64,000 bases of DNA from Alphaproteobacteria bacterium (lineage in GTDB: Bacteria; Pseudomonadota; Alphaproteobacteria; JAAXGF01). The position numbers and the translations under genes are program-made. Below are positions 41,958 to 51,625 of this stretch, in pieces. The notes beneath the pieces are model-generated. The model saw only the letters and a list, made by a program, of their open reading frames with translations. It was not told the DNA's origin and made no database searches. Numbering within the stretch: the stretch's first letter is position 1; every line of letters begins with the position of its first letter. The stretch lies in NCBI GenBank assembly GCA_046582565.1, contig JAYGED010000078.1:1926-65925 (forward strand), given 5' to 3'.

Positions 41958-42290
41958 TTATTCCCGCTCCATGGTCGCCTGCAACGGATGCTCGTTACGG
42001 CGCGCAATGTCCAGTACCAGGCCAACCTTGGTCTCGGCCACATCGTAGCTATAGACGCCGCAGATGCCGACGCCCCGCTGGTGAACATGGAGCATGATGC
42101 GTGTCGCCTCTTCCTTGCTCTTGTGGAAAATGCTTTCCAGAATCATGACGACGAACTCCATGGGTGTGTAGTCGTCATTGAGGACAAGCACCTTGTACAT
42201 CGAAGGCTTTTTGGTCTTGGTGCGGGTTTTCGTGGCAATCGACGTTCCCGTGCCGCCGCCGCCAATTGGATCTTCACTCATCTTCGCCAA
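41958..42290 (-). CDS. clpS: ClpS adaptor protein.
   Basis: [18 protein letters not shown]... motif. 110 aa. Confidence 0.9.
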   Translation of the reverse strand: MAKMSEDPIGGGGTGTSIATKTRTKTKKPSMYKVLVLNDDYTPMEFVVMILESIFHKSKEEATRIMLHVHQRGVGICGVYSYDVAETKVGLVLDIARRNEHPLQATMERE

Positions 42291-42398
42291 AGCCTATCCA
42301 AGAAGTGTCCCGGCCTCATAATATCGGAATTTCCGCCGCCAATTAAAGAGGCAAACATGAACGCCGGTTAAACGAGGCATCCCGAGACCTCGCGAGAC

Positions 42399-43683
42399 TT
42401 GACATGGGCAGCGCTTCGAAGCCCTCTATGCGCCCATGACGGCAGTATTATATCACAATTTGAGCAGAGCCGCGGAGGGCTGACCGATTCCCCAGAATTT
42501 CAATTTTCAAACGCCCACGCGGATTGCCTTCGGGGCCGGCCGAATCGACAAGCTGGGCGCCGATCTGGCGCGACTCGCCGGTTTGAGCGACGCCTCACAG
42601 GTCCTCGTGGTCTCTGATCCCGGGGTTGCCGAAGTCGGCTTGACGGGCCGCATCACCGCCGTCCTCAAAGAGGCCGGGCTCGATGTCGCCCTGTTCACCG
42701 ACATCAAAAGCGACCCATTGGCCGCATCCGCCGACGGCGCCGCTAGCCTCGCGCGATCCCACGGTGCGCGGGCGGTGGTCGGTGTCGGCGGTGGATCGGC
42801 GCTCGATATCGCCAAGCTCACCGCCGCCATCGCGCTGGCTGACGAGCCCGCCGAACATTACGCCCTCGCCGCCAATCCCCTGCCTAAGACTGGCCTGCCG
42901 CTGATCCTCATTCCGACAACGGCGGGCACCGGCTCGGAAGTCACGCGGACTTCGGTGATCACCAGCGCAGACGGCCGAAAGCTATGGGCCTGGGGTGAGG
43001 CCTTGCGGGCCGACCTGGCGCTTCTCGATCCGACTCTGACCGTTGCCCTGCCGCCCACGCTCACCGCCGCTACCGGGATCGATGCGGTGGTTCACGCCAT
43101 CGAGGCCTGCACGGTGAGGCGCGGCAATCCCATGGCCGACGCCTATGGGCTGCACGCCATCCGTCTGATCGCGGGCAACGCCGGCGGCGCCAAAAGCGCC
43201 CTGACCCGCGCCCTCGCCGAGCCTGACGATCTCGACGCGCGGGGTGACATGATGATTGCGGCGGCGCTGGCGGGTATCGCCTTCGACGCCACCGGAACCG
43301 CTATCGCACACGCCATGGGCCATGCGCTCGGCGTGCTTAGCGGCGTCCATCACGGTCACGCCGTCGGGCTTTGCCTGAAGGGAGCCCTGGCCTGGAACGC
43401 CGAGGCGGCGCCGGCGCGCCATGCCGCGGTGGCAAAGGCCCTGGGCGCGCCGTGCGACGGCCTCGAAGACGAGGAAGCCGCGGCCCTATCCTCTGTGGCC
43501 TATGGCAAGCTCCTGCAAGGTTCCGGTCTGCCCCTCTCTCTGGCCGATAAAGCCATAGACGCTGCCGCACTCGCCGCCCTGACCATGGCGCCGGAAAACG
43601 CCCCCATGCGCGACGCCAATTGCCGCGAGGTTACCGAACAGGATGCCTTGGTTATTGCCAAGCGGGTTCTCGCCCAGAGTTGA
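42399..43683 (+). CDS. Iron-containing alcohol dehydrogenase family protein, with an apparent frameshift near 42508-42520 close to the 5' end.
   Basis: The 366-aa ORF 42583-43683 is Fe-ADH-like. The N-terminal ~35 codons (..EFQFSN|PTRIAFGAG..) are in another frame. Confidence 0.6.
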
Positions 43684-43685
43684 CG

Positions 43686-44213
43686 TTAAAAGGAAAAGGC
43701 GTTTTGCCTGCCCTTTCGCGGGCTGATCTCTTCCTCATGGGTGAGCAGAAATTTTTTGATTTCGATACCGCCGGCAAATCCTGTCAGCGACCTGTTCGAG
43801 CCAATCACCCGGTGGCAAGGCACCACAATGGGCAGCGGGTTTGCGCCGTTGGCGCCGCCGACCGCGCGGCGCGCGGTGGGTTTGCCGATGCGCGATGCAA
43901 GCTCGCCATAGGAAATCGTCTCGCCGTAAGGGATCTCGCCCAAGGCGGCCCAGACCCTGTTTTGGAAATCCGTACCGGCGCGGCGCAGGGGCAAATCAAA
44001 AACCGTCAATTCGCCTGCAAAATAAGCATCAAGCTGCGCGAATACCTCGGCGAATTCCGACTCATCGCGGCGCCATCCGGCCTTGGGTTCATAGGACCGG
44101 CCTTCCGTTGAAAAGCTAATTCGGTGCAATTGATCGCCATCCCCCGCGACAAGCAGCGGCCCTAACGGACAGTCACAATATCCATAGGCCAGATTTTCGC
44201 TATTACGCTGCAT
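43686..44213 (-). CDS. ogt: Methylated-DNA--protein-cysteine methyltransferase.
   Basis: PCHRVIG active-site motif. HTH-like C-terminal region. Confidence 0.85.
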   Translation of the reverse strand: MQRNSENLAYGYCDCPLGPLLVAGDGDQLHRISFSTEGRSYEPKAGWRRDESEFAEVFAQLDAYFAGELTVFDLPLRRAGTDFQNRVWAALGEIPYGETISYGELASRIGKPTARRAVGGANGANPLPIVVPCHRVIGSNRSLTGFAGGIEIKKFLLTHEEEISPRKGRQNAFSF

Positions 44214-44264
44214 GGTTTTTCGCCGGAGTGCTGAAGGGGCCGATTCCGGCTGATTTTAGCGGCC

Positions 44265-45491
44265 TTAATTGGCGTAGGCTACAGCCGCGCTGTCGAAGAA
44301 ATGCTGGACCACTTCGCAATCCAGGCGTTTGCGGTTCAGGATGCGGCAGGCGCGCTGCGCCGCACGCCAGCTTAGGCCCACGAAGCGCGCGCGGTAGAGA
44401 CCGCCAGCGCCTTCCTCGATCGGCACGATGAGCGCCGCGGCGTTGATAACGATGCCGGGAACATGCTTGAGGCTGGTCTTGACCGCCGCATAGGCAGCTT
44501 CGCTTCGCGTGAAGGCGCCGACCTGGATCGCCCAGGGCGCGCCCTGGGTGTTGATCACAGGCTTTATCGGCGGCGGCAGCGGCAGGCCGCCAGAATACCC
44601 GGCAGACGAAGACCCCGCAGACACCGGCGGCGGCGTCACGGATGCGACCCGTGTTTTAGCGATTTCCAGGAAAGAGCCATCGAGCAGATTTGCCATTTGC
44701 CTGTCGCGCCGGTCCGGCGAACTGGCGCCGAACACCACCGCGAACAAGCGCCGGCCATCGCGCTTGGCCGATGCCGCTAAATTGAACTTGGAGGCGCGGA
44801 TATAGCCGGTCTTGAGACCATCGGCGCCGCTATATGAGGTGACGAATTTGTTATGACCACGATAGGTCTTGCCGCCGTACTTAAAACTATCAGCGTCGAA
44901 ATACTTGTAATAGCGCGGAAAATCGCGATACAGCGAGCGCGCCAGCACGGCCATGTCACGGGCGGTAGAAAGCTGGCCCCGGTTGGGCAGGCCGGACGCA
45001 TTTCGGAAACTTGTCCTCTTCATGCCCAGGGCCTTGGCCTTGGCGGTCATCTTCTTGGCGAAGGCGACCTCGCTTTTCGACAGGCTCTCCGCCACCACCG
45101 TGGCCACGTCATTGGCCGATTTCACCACCAGGGCCAGGATCGCATCGGAGACGCGAATACGCTTGCCCTTGCGAACCCCGAGCTTGGAGTTCGGCTGGCC
45201 GGCGGCGCGCGCCGAAACCTTGAGTTTGCTGTTGAGAGAAAGCTCGCCACGATCGATCGCCTCAAACAACAGATAGAGGGTCATCATCTTGGTGAGAGAC
45301 GCCGGGTAATGGCGGTGGTTCATGTTTTTCTGGTAGAGCACTTTGCCGGTCTTGCCGTCGATGACCACGGCGGCCGGGCTGGCGAGCAGCGGCGTAGAAT
45401 GTAAAACCTGCGCCGAAAGCGCCAGGATCAGCCCCAGGGCGGCAGCTTTGAACAGGGATGTTAAATATTTGACCATCCGTTCACTCACCAA
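44265..45491 (-). CDS. D-alanyl-D-alanine carboxypeptidase (S11, PBP5/6-like) with a C-terminal SPOR domain.
   Basis: Signal peptide. SLTK, SAN and KTG motifs. SPOR-like C-terminal ~80 aa. Confidence 0.8.
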   Translation of the reverse strand: MVSERMVKYLTSLFKAAALGLILALSAQVLHSTPLLASPAAVVIDGKTGKVLYQKNMNHRHYPASLTKMMTLYLLFEAIDRGELSLNSKLKVSARAAGQPNSKLGVRKGKRIRVSDAILALVVKSANDVATVVAESLSKSEVAFAKKMTAKAKALGMKRTSFRNASGLPNRGQLSTARDMAVLARSLYRDFPRYYKYFDADSFKYGGKTYRGHNKFVTSYSGADGLKTGYIRASKFNLAASAKRDGRRLFAVVFGASSPDRRDRQMANLLDGSFLEIAKTRVASVTPPPVSAGSSSAGYSGGLPLPPPIKPVINTQGAPWAIQVGAFTRSEAAYAAVKTSLKHVPGIVINAAALIVPIEEGAGGLYRARFVGLSWRAAQRACRILNRKRLDCEVVQHFFDSAAVAYAN

Positions 45492-45866
45492 TCAAAGTCG
45501 CGGAATCATTATCGAATTACTTCAATACTAAAAACGAATCGAGGGGAGGCTAACGAATATCGATTCCGCTGTCCATAGCTGTAAGAAATCATTGTTCCCC
45601 CAAAAACATTCGAGAATGATTCACCTTGGAATTGCTTGGGCAACTGAAGAGGCTGTTTGGCGGGCATGAGAGACGTCTTTAATTTACATCAGAATAAATT
45701 TACAAAATAATTTGTATTATCAAAAGTTTATTAATGTAATCTAATGTAATAGATTAAATAAATAAACTTCTACCAACGCCCTGCGAAGGATCATCGCTGG
45801 CGGCAATAATTACCGACCCTGGGCAAATATTACCGTGACCCGGTAATAAATTCCCAGATGGTCGAA

Positions 45867-46184
45867 TTACGCATCCGGACCGATGATCATCACTTCGGCG
45901 GTGTTTTCCCAGCTCATTCCGGAAGCGACACCACAAGACATGCCGTTGGGCATGGTCACGATAATCGTCCAGGAACCGTCTTTCGAGGCGACGACTTCGA
46001 GCAAACCACCATTGGCGGTCAGGCCCATGGCAACCGGCGCTTCCCTGTAGTTCGAGCTGAGGTGATTGAGGAATTCCGACCGATCCGCACAGGGCGGTTG
46101 TTGTTGTTGTTGCTGCTGCGCTTGGACCGGGGACGCCCATAATGCCATCATGGCGGGCGCGAATATAAAACTAAAGCGGTACAT
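45867..46184 (-). CDS. Small hypothetical secreted protein with a poly-Gln tract.
   Basis: Signal peptide MMALWASPVQA followed by Q7. 105 aa. Preceded by a ~370-bp AT-rich region. Confidence 0.5.
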   Translation of the reverse strand: MYRFSFIFAPAMMALWASPVQAQQQQQQQPPCADRSEFLNHLSSNYREAPVAMGLTANGGLLEVVASKDGSWTIIVTMPNGMSCGVASGMSWENTAEVMIIGPDA

Positions 46185-46270
46185 GACACTGGCCTCCTAC
46201 CTGAAGGGTTGGTGTTTCCGCTCTATACCGCGCAATATCCGTGCCAATTGAGAAATGATCGCAACAACAC

Positions 46271-47674
46271 TCACAGGTCCGGTCGCCTGCCAGTTGTCGG
46301 GCAGACTGCTTCATAGGCCCGGGCGGCGCGCAAGGTCAGGGCATCCTGATGGCGCGGTCCGACGATCTGCAGGCTCACAGGCAGACCGTCCGCCGTAAAG
46401 CCGCAGGGCACCACCGCCGCCGGCTGCCCGGTCAGATTGAAGGGATAGCTGAACGGCGTCCATTCGGGCCAGCGCGTCAAGCCCGAGCCGGGGGGAACCT
46501 CAACGCCGGCCTCGAAGGCGGGGATCGGCAGCCCAGGCGTGAGCAAAAGGTCGTAATCCTGGTGGAGCGCCGCCATGGTCAGGGCAATTCCGGCGCGCAT
46601 CTGCTCAGCCCCCAGCAGATCAAGCGCGCTGTAGCCGGCCCCCTCGGTGGCGACCTCGACCAGGCCTGGATCGATGATCTTGCGCTGTTCCTCTGACATA
46701 GAGCGCAAGGCCGAGGCGGCGCCCGAAAACCACAGGGTGCGGAAGCAATCCGCCGCATGAGCGAGATCCAGGCTGACTTCCTCGACCACAGCGCCCATGC
46801 CAACGAAGGTCTGGGCGGTGCGGGCGGTGATTTCCGCCACCTCGCCATCAACCTGGGCATGGCCCAGATCCGGGGAATAGCCAATGCGCAGACCGGCGAC
46901 GCCGTCCTCGATACCGTCGCGCCAGTCGCGTATATCTTCCGGCATGGCACGATAATCGCGCCAATCGGGCCGCGCCAGCACCGACAGCATGAGCGCCGCA
47001 TCGGCGACAGTGCGCGCCATGGGCCCGACATGGGAGAGTGCGCCGAATGAACTCGCCGGATAGGCCGGCACACGGCTGTAGCTCGGCTTGATACCAGCGA
47101 GGCCGGTGAAGCCGCAGGGAATGCGGATCGAGCCGCCGCCGTCCGTGCCGACGGCAAGCGGGACCATGCCCGATGCGACCGCTGCGGCTGAGCCGCCGCT
47201 CGAGCCGCCGGGGGTGCGCTCGGGGTTCCAGGGGTTGCGGGTGATACCGCAGAGGGCGCTGTCGGTGACGCCTTTCCAGCCGAATTCACAGCTTGTGGTC
47301 TTGCCCAGCAGCACAGCACCGCTCTCTCTCAGCCGCGCGGTCGCCGGGCCGTCCTCGTCCCAGTCCTGATCAGGATCGGTGGTCTTGGAGCCGCGCAGGG
47401 TGGGCCAGCCCTTGGTCAGGACGAGATCCTTGACGCCGACGGGAACCCCGTCGAGCAGACCGAGAGGCTCCCCCTTCGCCCAGCGCGCCTCGGAATCCCG
47501 CGCCGATGCCAGGGCGCTCTCATTATCGACCAGGCAAAAGGCGTTGAGCAGCCCGTTATGGGCCTCGATCCGCGCCAGGGATGCCTCGGCCACCTCAACC
47601 GGCGACAGGTTTTTGTTCCGAAAGGCAGCGATCATGTCGTTCGCGGAAAGATAGGCAAGCTCGTCAGACATGGC
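46271..47674 (-). CDS. Amidase-signature family amidase.
   Basis: [12 protein letters not shown]...GTDGGGSIRIPC motif. Start placed at MSDELAYL. The ORF is open to 47752. Confidence 0.8.
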   Translation of the reverse strand, partial: AMSDELAYLSANDMIAAFRNKNLSPVEVAEASLARIEAHNGLLNAFCLVDNESALASARDSEARWAKGEPLGLLDGVPVGVKDLVLTKGWPTLRGSKTTDPDQDWDEDGPATARLRESGAVLLGKTTSCEFGWKGVTDSALCGITRNPWNPERTPGGSSGGSAAAVASGMVPLAVGTDGGGSIRIPCGFTGLAGIKPSYSRVPAYPASSFGALSHVGPMARTVADAALMLSVLARPDWRDYRAMPEDIRDWRDGIEDGVAGLRIGYSPDLGHAQVDGEVAEITARTAQTFVGMGAVVEEVSLDLAHAADCFRTLWFSGAASALRSMSEEQRKIIDPGLVEVATEGAGYSALDLLGAEQMRAGIALTMAALHQDYDLLLTPGLPIPAFEAGVEVPPGSGLTRWPEWTPFSYPFNLTGQPAAVVPCGFTADGLPVSLQIVGPRHQDALTLRAARAYEAVCPTTGRRPDL

Positions 47675-48677
47675 GGGGGATCCTTCCTTCAATGGGATAT
47701 TTCGGGTCGGAATAGCCCGGTGAGCTGGGGTGGCCGAGGGGCACCAGCTCATCGATCAGCGCCTCATCCTCGGCCCCGAGAGAAACTTCGAGTGCTGCGA
47801 TATATTCGGCGCACTGATCCGCCGTGCGCGGTCCGGCTATGGCCGCCGTTACCAGGCGGTTATGGATCACCCAGGCGAAGGCGAATTGAGCCACGGTCAC
47901 GCCCAGGGCTTCCGCATGCTCCTTGATGCGCGGCACCAGGGCGATGGATTCGGGGCGGAACTCGGACTCCATGATGCGCTTGTCCCCGGAACCTGCGCGG
48001 CTGCTTTCGGGCGGCGTATCGCCGGGCAGATATTTACCGGTGAGCACACCGCGCGCCACCGGGCTGTAGGAGGCCACCGCCATGTCGTACTGGGCGCAGG
48101 CCGGCAGCAGCTCGACCTCGGGCATGCGGTTGAAGGCGTTGTAATTGGGTTGGCTGATCACCGGGCGGGGCACCCCCTGGGCGTCGCACAGGCGGACCAC
48201 CTCGGCGTGGCGCCAGGCGCGGAAATTGCTGAGCCCGAAATAGCATGCCTTGCCGGCGGCGATGACCTCGCCCATGGCGGCCACAGTCTCCTCGAGCGGT
48301 GTGTCGGCATCTTCGCGATGGAGATAATAGATATCGACATAATCCACGCCGAGCCGCGACAGGCTATCGTCAATGGCCTGGCTCATCCAGCGCCGGGACA
48401 GGCCGCACGCGGTTTCGTCGTCGCCCATCCTGTTGCCGAGCTTGGTCGCCAGCACCCACTGGTCGCGCTCACCGGAGATGGCGCGGCCGACGATCTTTTC
48501 AGATTCCCCGTCGGTCGAGTAGACATCGGCGGTATCGATGAAATTGACCCCGGCGTCCCGCGCCATGGCGATGATACGCCTGGCTTCGCGCTCATCGCAC
48601 CGGTCGCCGAACATCATGGTGCCGAGGCACAGCGGCGAGACCATGACCCCGCTATGGCCGAGCATGCGATATTCCAT
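47664..48677 (-). CDS. Aldo/keto reductase.
   Basis: 337-aa AKR (TIM-barrel) fold. Overlaps the amidase start. Confidence 0.8.
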   Translation of the reverse strand: MEYRMLGHSGVMVSPLCLGTMMFGDRCDEREARRIIAMARDAGVNFIDTADVYSTDGESEKIVGRAISGERDQWVLATKLGNRMGDDETACGLSRRWMSQAIDDSLSRLGVDYVDIYYLHREDADTPLEETVAAMGEVIAAGKACYFGLSNFRAWRHAEVVRLCDAQGVPRPVISQPNYNAFNRMPEVELLPACAQYDMAVASYSPVARGVLTGKYLPGDTPPESSRAGSGDKRIMESEFRPESIALVPRIKEHAEALGVTVAQFAFAWVIHNRLVTAAIAGPRTADQCAEYIAALEVSLGAEDEALIDELVPLGHPSSPGYSDPKYPIEGRIPRHV

Positions 48678-48689
48678 AGTCTCCCCTAT

Positions 48690-49517
48690 TTATCTAAAGC
48701 TGGTGTTGCCGCGCATGGCCATTGTCCCGTCGGGCCGCTCCGCCCAGAGCATTGTGGCTGTTCCGGCCAGAGTAAAGGATGCTGTGTCGAACAAGGGCGC
48801 CAACGCCTGATAGTCAAACCCGGCAAGCTCCCGGCCGGGGGTTTCGTCGCGCAGCAGATCGAGCAGCAGGATGGCGGTCAGAGGGCCGTGAACCACCAGG
48901 CCCGGATAGCCCTCGGTGATCGTTGCATACTCCCGGTCGTAATGGATGCGGTGGGCGTTGAAGATGAGCGCGGAAAAGCGGAACAAAAGTGCCGCATCCG
49001 GCGTGATTTCCCGCCGCCACAGCGCGTCATTGGGCGGCTGTTCGCCGGGGCGCGCGGCGCTACCGCTGCTGGCTTCCCGGTAGACGATGTCATGCTCTTC
49101 GGTGACCGCCACGCCGTCTTCGCCCGAAATCTCATGACGAACGGTGACGAACAGCAAGTCGCCGCTGCGGCCCTGCTTTGCGGTGATCGAAAGGATTTCC
49201 GACTCCCGGCGCGCCGCCTCGCCGACCCGAAGCGGCTTATGGAACGTCAGCCGGCCGCCTGCCCACATGCGGCGCGGTAAATCCGACGGCGGCAGAAACC
49301 CGCCGCGCCGGGCATGACCATCGGGGCTCAAGTCGGCGCGGGGCGTCGCTTCGAGGAAATACAGCCAATGCCAGCAGGGCGGCAGAGGATCGCCCGGCCG
49401 CGGCGCAGGATCATAGCGCCCCAGGGTGGCCGCCAAGCGCGATACCGGCGCCGGTGAGATGACGTCCTCAGCAGTCTCGCGGCGCCCGACCCAATCGCTG
49501 AAATCCTTTCCCATCAA
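48690..49517 (-). CDS. MaoC-like / hotdog-fold dehydratase.
   Basis: 275-aa double hotdog-like layout. Family assigned from memory. Confidence 0.5.
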   Translation of the reverse strand: MMGKDFSDWVGRRETAEDVISPAPVSRLAATLGRYDPAPRPGDPLPPCWHWLYFLEATPRADLSPDGHARRGGFLPPSDLPRRMWAGGRLTFHKPLRVGEAARRESEILSITAKQGRSGDLLFVTVRHEISGEDGVAVTEEHDIVYREASSGSAARPGEQPPNDALWRREITPDAALLFRFSALIFNAHRIHYDREYATITEGYPGLVVHGPLTAILLLDLLRDETPGRELAGFDYQALAPLFDTASFTLAGTATMLWAERPDGTMAMRGNTSFR

Positions 49518-50683
49518 TATGACCGGGGAAGACCCAGCACATGCTCACCGAGATAGGAGAGGATGAGGTTGGTGGAGATCGGCGCAATCTGGTAGAGCCT
49601 GGTTTCGCGAAATTTGCGCTCGATGTCGTATTCCTCGGCGAAGCCGTAGCCGCCATGGGTTTGCAGGCACATATCCGCCGCCGCCCAGGAGGCTTCGGAG
49701 GCGAGCAGCTTGGCCATGTTGGCTTCCGCGCCGCAAGCCGCGCCGTCATCGAACAGCGCTGCCGCCTTGCGCACCATGAGATCGGCGGCCTCGGTGGCGG
49801 CATAGGCGCGGGCAATGGGAAACTGCACGCCCTGGTTCTTGCCGATGGCGCGGCCGAAGACCTTGCGCTCGCGGGCGTAGGCGCTCGCCTTCTCGATAAA
49901 CCAGCGGGCGTCGCCGATACATTCAGCGCCGATCAGGATGCGCTCGGCGTTCATACCGTCGAGGATATGGCGAAAGCCCTGCCCCTCCTCGCCGATGAGG
50001 TTTTCCGCCGGCACCTTAAGATCGTCGAAGAACATCTCGGTGGTGGCGTGGTTGATCATGGTGCGGATCGGCTTAATGGTCAGTCCGTTGCCAACCGCCT
50101 CGCGCAGATCAACCAGGAATACCGAGAGCCCATCGCTTCGTTTGGTCCCCTGATCGAGCGGCGTTGTGCGGGCCAAAAGCAGCATCAAATCGGAATGCTC
50201 AGCGCGCGAGATGAAAATTTTCTGCCCTCGGACAACATAATGATCGCCAACGCCCGGGGTGGTGGTTCGGAGGGCCGTGGTGCGCAAGGCGGTGGTGTCG
50301 GTACCGCTGTCGGGTTCGGTGACGCCGAAAGCCTGCAGGCGGAGCGCGCCGCTCGCGATGCCGGGAAGGAAGGCCGCCTTCTGCGCCTCGCTGCCATGAC
50401 GAAGCAGGGTTCCCATGGTGTAGATCTGGGCATGGCAGGCGGCGCCGTTACAGCCTGATTTGTGGATTTCCTCGAGGATCGCTGCAGCCGCCGCAAGGGG
50501 CAGACCGCTGCCGCCATAGGCCTCGGGGATGAGAGCCGCGAGATAGCCCGCCTCGGTCAGGGCCGCGACGAAGGCCTTGGGATAGGCGCGCTTAGCGTCG
50601 AGGTCGCGCCAGTATTTGCCTGGAAACCCCGCACAAAGCGCGGCCTCGGCGTGGCGAATGTCGATAAAATTTTCTTCCATCAT
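49514..50683 (-). CDS. Acyl-CoA dehydrogenase.
   Basis: 389-aa ACAD fold. Contains a 15-bp imperfect tandem duplication (TTALRTTALRTT). Confidence 0.85.
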   Translation of the reverse strand: MMEENFIDIRHAEAALCAGFPGKYWRDLDAKRAYPKAFVAALTEAGYLAALIPEAYGGSGLPLAAAAAILEEIHKSGCNGAACHAQIYTMGTLLRHGSEAQKAAFLPGIASGALRLQAFGVTEPDSGTDTTALRTTALRTTTPGVGDHYVVRGQKIFISRAEHSDLMLLLARTTPLDQGTKRSDGLSVFLVDLREAVGNGLTIKPIRTMINHATTEMFFDDLKVPAENLIGEEGQGFRHILDGMNAERILIGAECIGDARWFIEKASAYARERKVFGRAIGKNQGVQFPIARAYAATEAADLMVRKAAALFDDGAACGAEANMAKLLASEASWAAADMCLQTHGGYGFAEEYDIERKFRETRLYQIAPISTNLILSYLGEHVLGLPRSY

Positions 50684-50776
50684 AGCGTCAGCAGCATAGC
50701 ACCAAACTTGGTCAGTCTTGTACCATGAGCCTCTCAGACTTATGTAAAACGGGTCAAAAACGGGGTTTCATCGAGC

Positions 50777-51406
50777 GTGCTTGAATTTCTGAGCGGACCG
50801 GTACTGGCGTCTCTGGGCAGCGTTATCATCATCGATATCGTCATGTCCGGCGACAATGCCATCATCATCGGCATGGCCGCCGCCGGGCTGCCGCCCGAGC
50901 TGCGCCGCCGGGCTATCATATACGGCATTATGGCGGCAACGGTGCTGCGCATCGTCTTCGCCATGATCACCTTCAAGCTACTCGCAATCCTCGGCCTGAC
51001 CCTGGCCGGCGGTCTACTGCTGGCCTGGGTATGCTGGCATATGTGGTGCGAAATCCGCTGCGGCAGCTTGAACTGCTCGCCTGAAGATGGCGATACAGAG
51101 GAAGCGGCCAGCGAGGCGCCCAAACCGGTCAAGACCCTGCGCCAGGCGATGGTCACCATCATTATCGCCGATGTCTCCATGTCGCTCGACAACGTGCTGG
51201 CGGTGGCCGGTGCTGCCCAGGACCATCTTTGGGTATTGGTGTTCGGCCTGATGCTGTCGATCGCCCTGATGGCGGTGGCGGCGAACTACATCGCCAAACT
51301 GCTTGAGCGCCACCATTGGATCGCCTATGTCGGTCTGCTGGTCATTGCCTATGTCGCTATCGACATGATCTACCGCGGCCTCATGGAGGTCGCGTCGGTG
51401 GTGTAG
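50777..51406 (+). CDS. TerC-family integral membrane protein (small YjbE-like form).
   Basis: 209-aa protein with DN-containing TM helices (SGDNAII / SLDNVLAV). Confidence 0.75.
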   Translation: MLEFLSGPVLASLGSVIIIDIVMSGDNAIIIGMAAAGLPPELRRRAIIYGIMAATVLRIVFAMITFKLLAILGLTLAGGLLLAWVCWHMWCEIRCGSLNCSPEDGDTEEAASEAPKPVKTLRQAMVTIIIADVSMSLDNVLAVAGAAQDHLWVLVFGLMLSIALMAVAANYIAKLLERHHWIAYVGLLVIAYVAIDMIYRGLMEVASVV

Positions 51407-51448
51407 AATCGCCTATGACGGCCGCGACATTTTCATAGGGGGATATCC

Positions 51449-51622
51449 ATGAGCGAGAGACGCTACCAGATAATCGGATTGCTGGGATTTATTGTCGCCG
51501 GTTTCATCTTCGTCGCCGCGGGCATAAATTTCGGCGATACGCTTACCATTACTGGCAGCGTCGTCTGGATCTTATCCTGCATGGTCTGGATGATCCCGCT
51601 GATGAAGTCCGAAAAGGACTGA
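51449..51622 (+). CDS. Small (57-aa) two-TM membrane protein. Not in the supplied ORF track because it is under 60 aa.
   Basis: ATG is preceded by GGGGGA. Reads MSERRYQIIGLLGFIVAGFIFVAAG...SCMVWMIPLMKSEKD. Confidence 0.4.
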   Translation: MSERRYQIIGLLGFIVAGFIFVAAGINFGDTLTITGSVVWILSCMVWMIPLMKSEKD

Positions 51623-51625
51623 ATC

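Noticed and set aside
50684-50776. Possible yybP-ykoY (Mn2+) riboswitch upstream of the TerC-family gene.
   Set aside because: The region is only ~90 nt, is shared with the divergent promoter, and lacks the conserved GGGGAGUAG-type segments as far as I can recall the consensus. Listed only as something to scan with Rfam.
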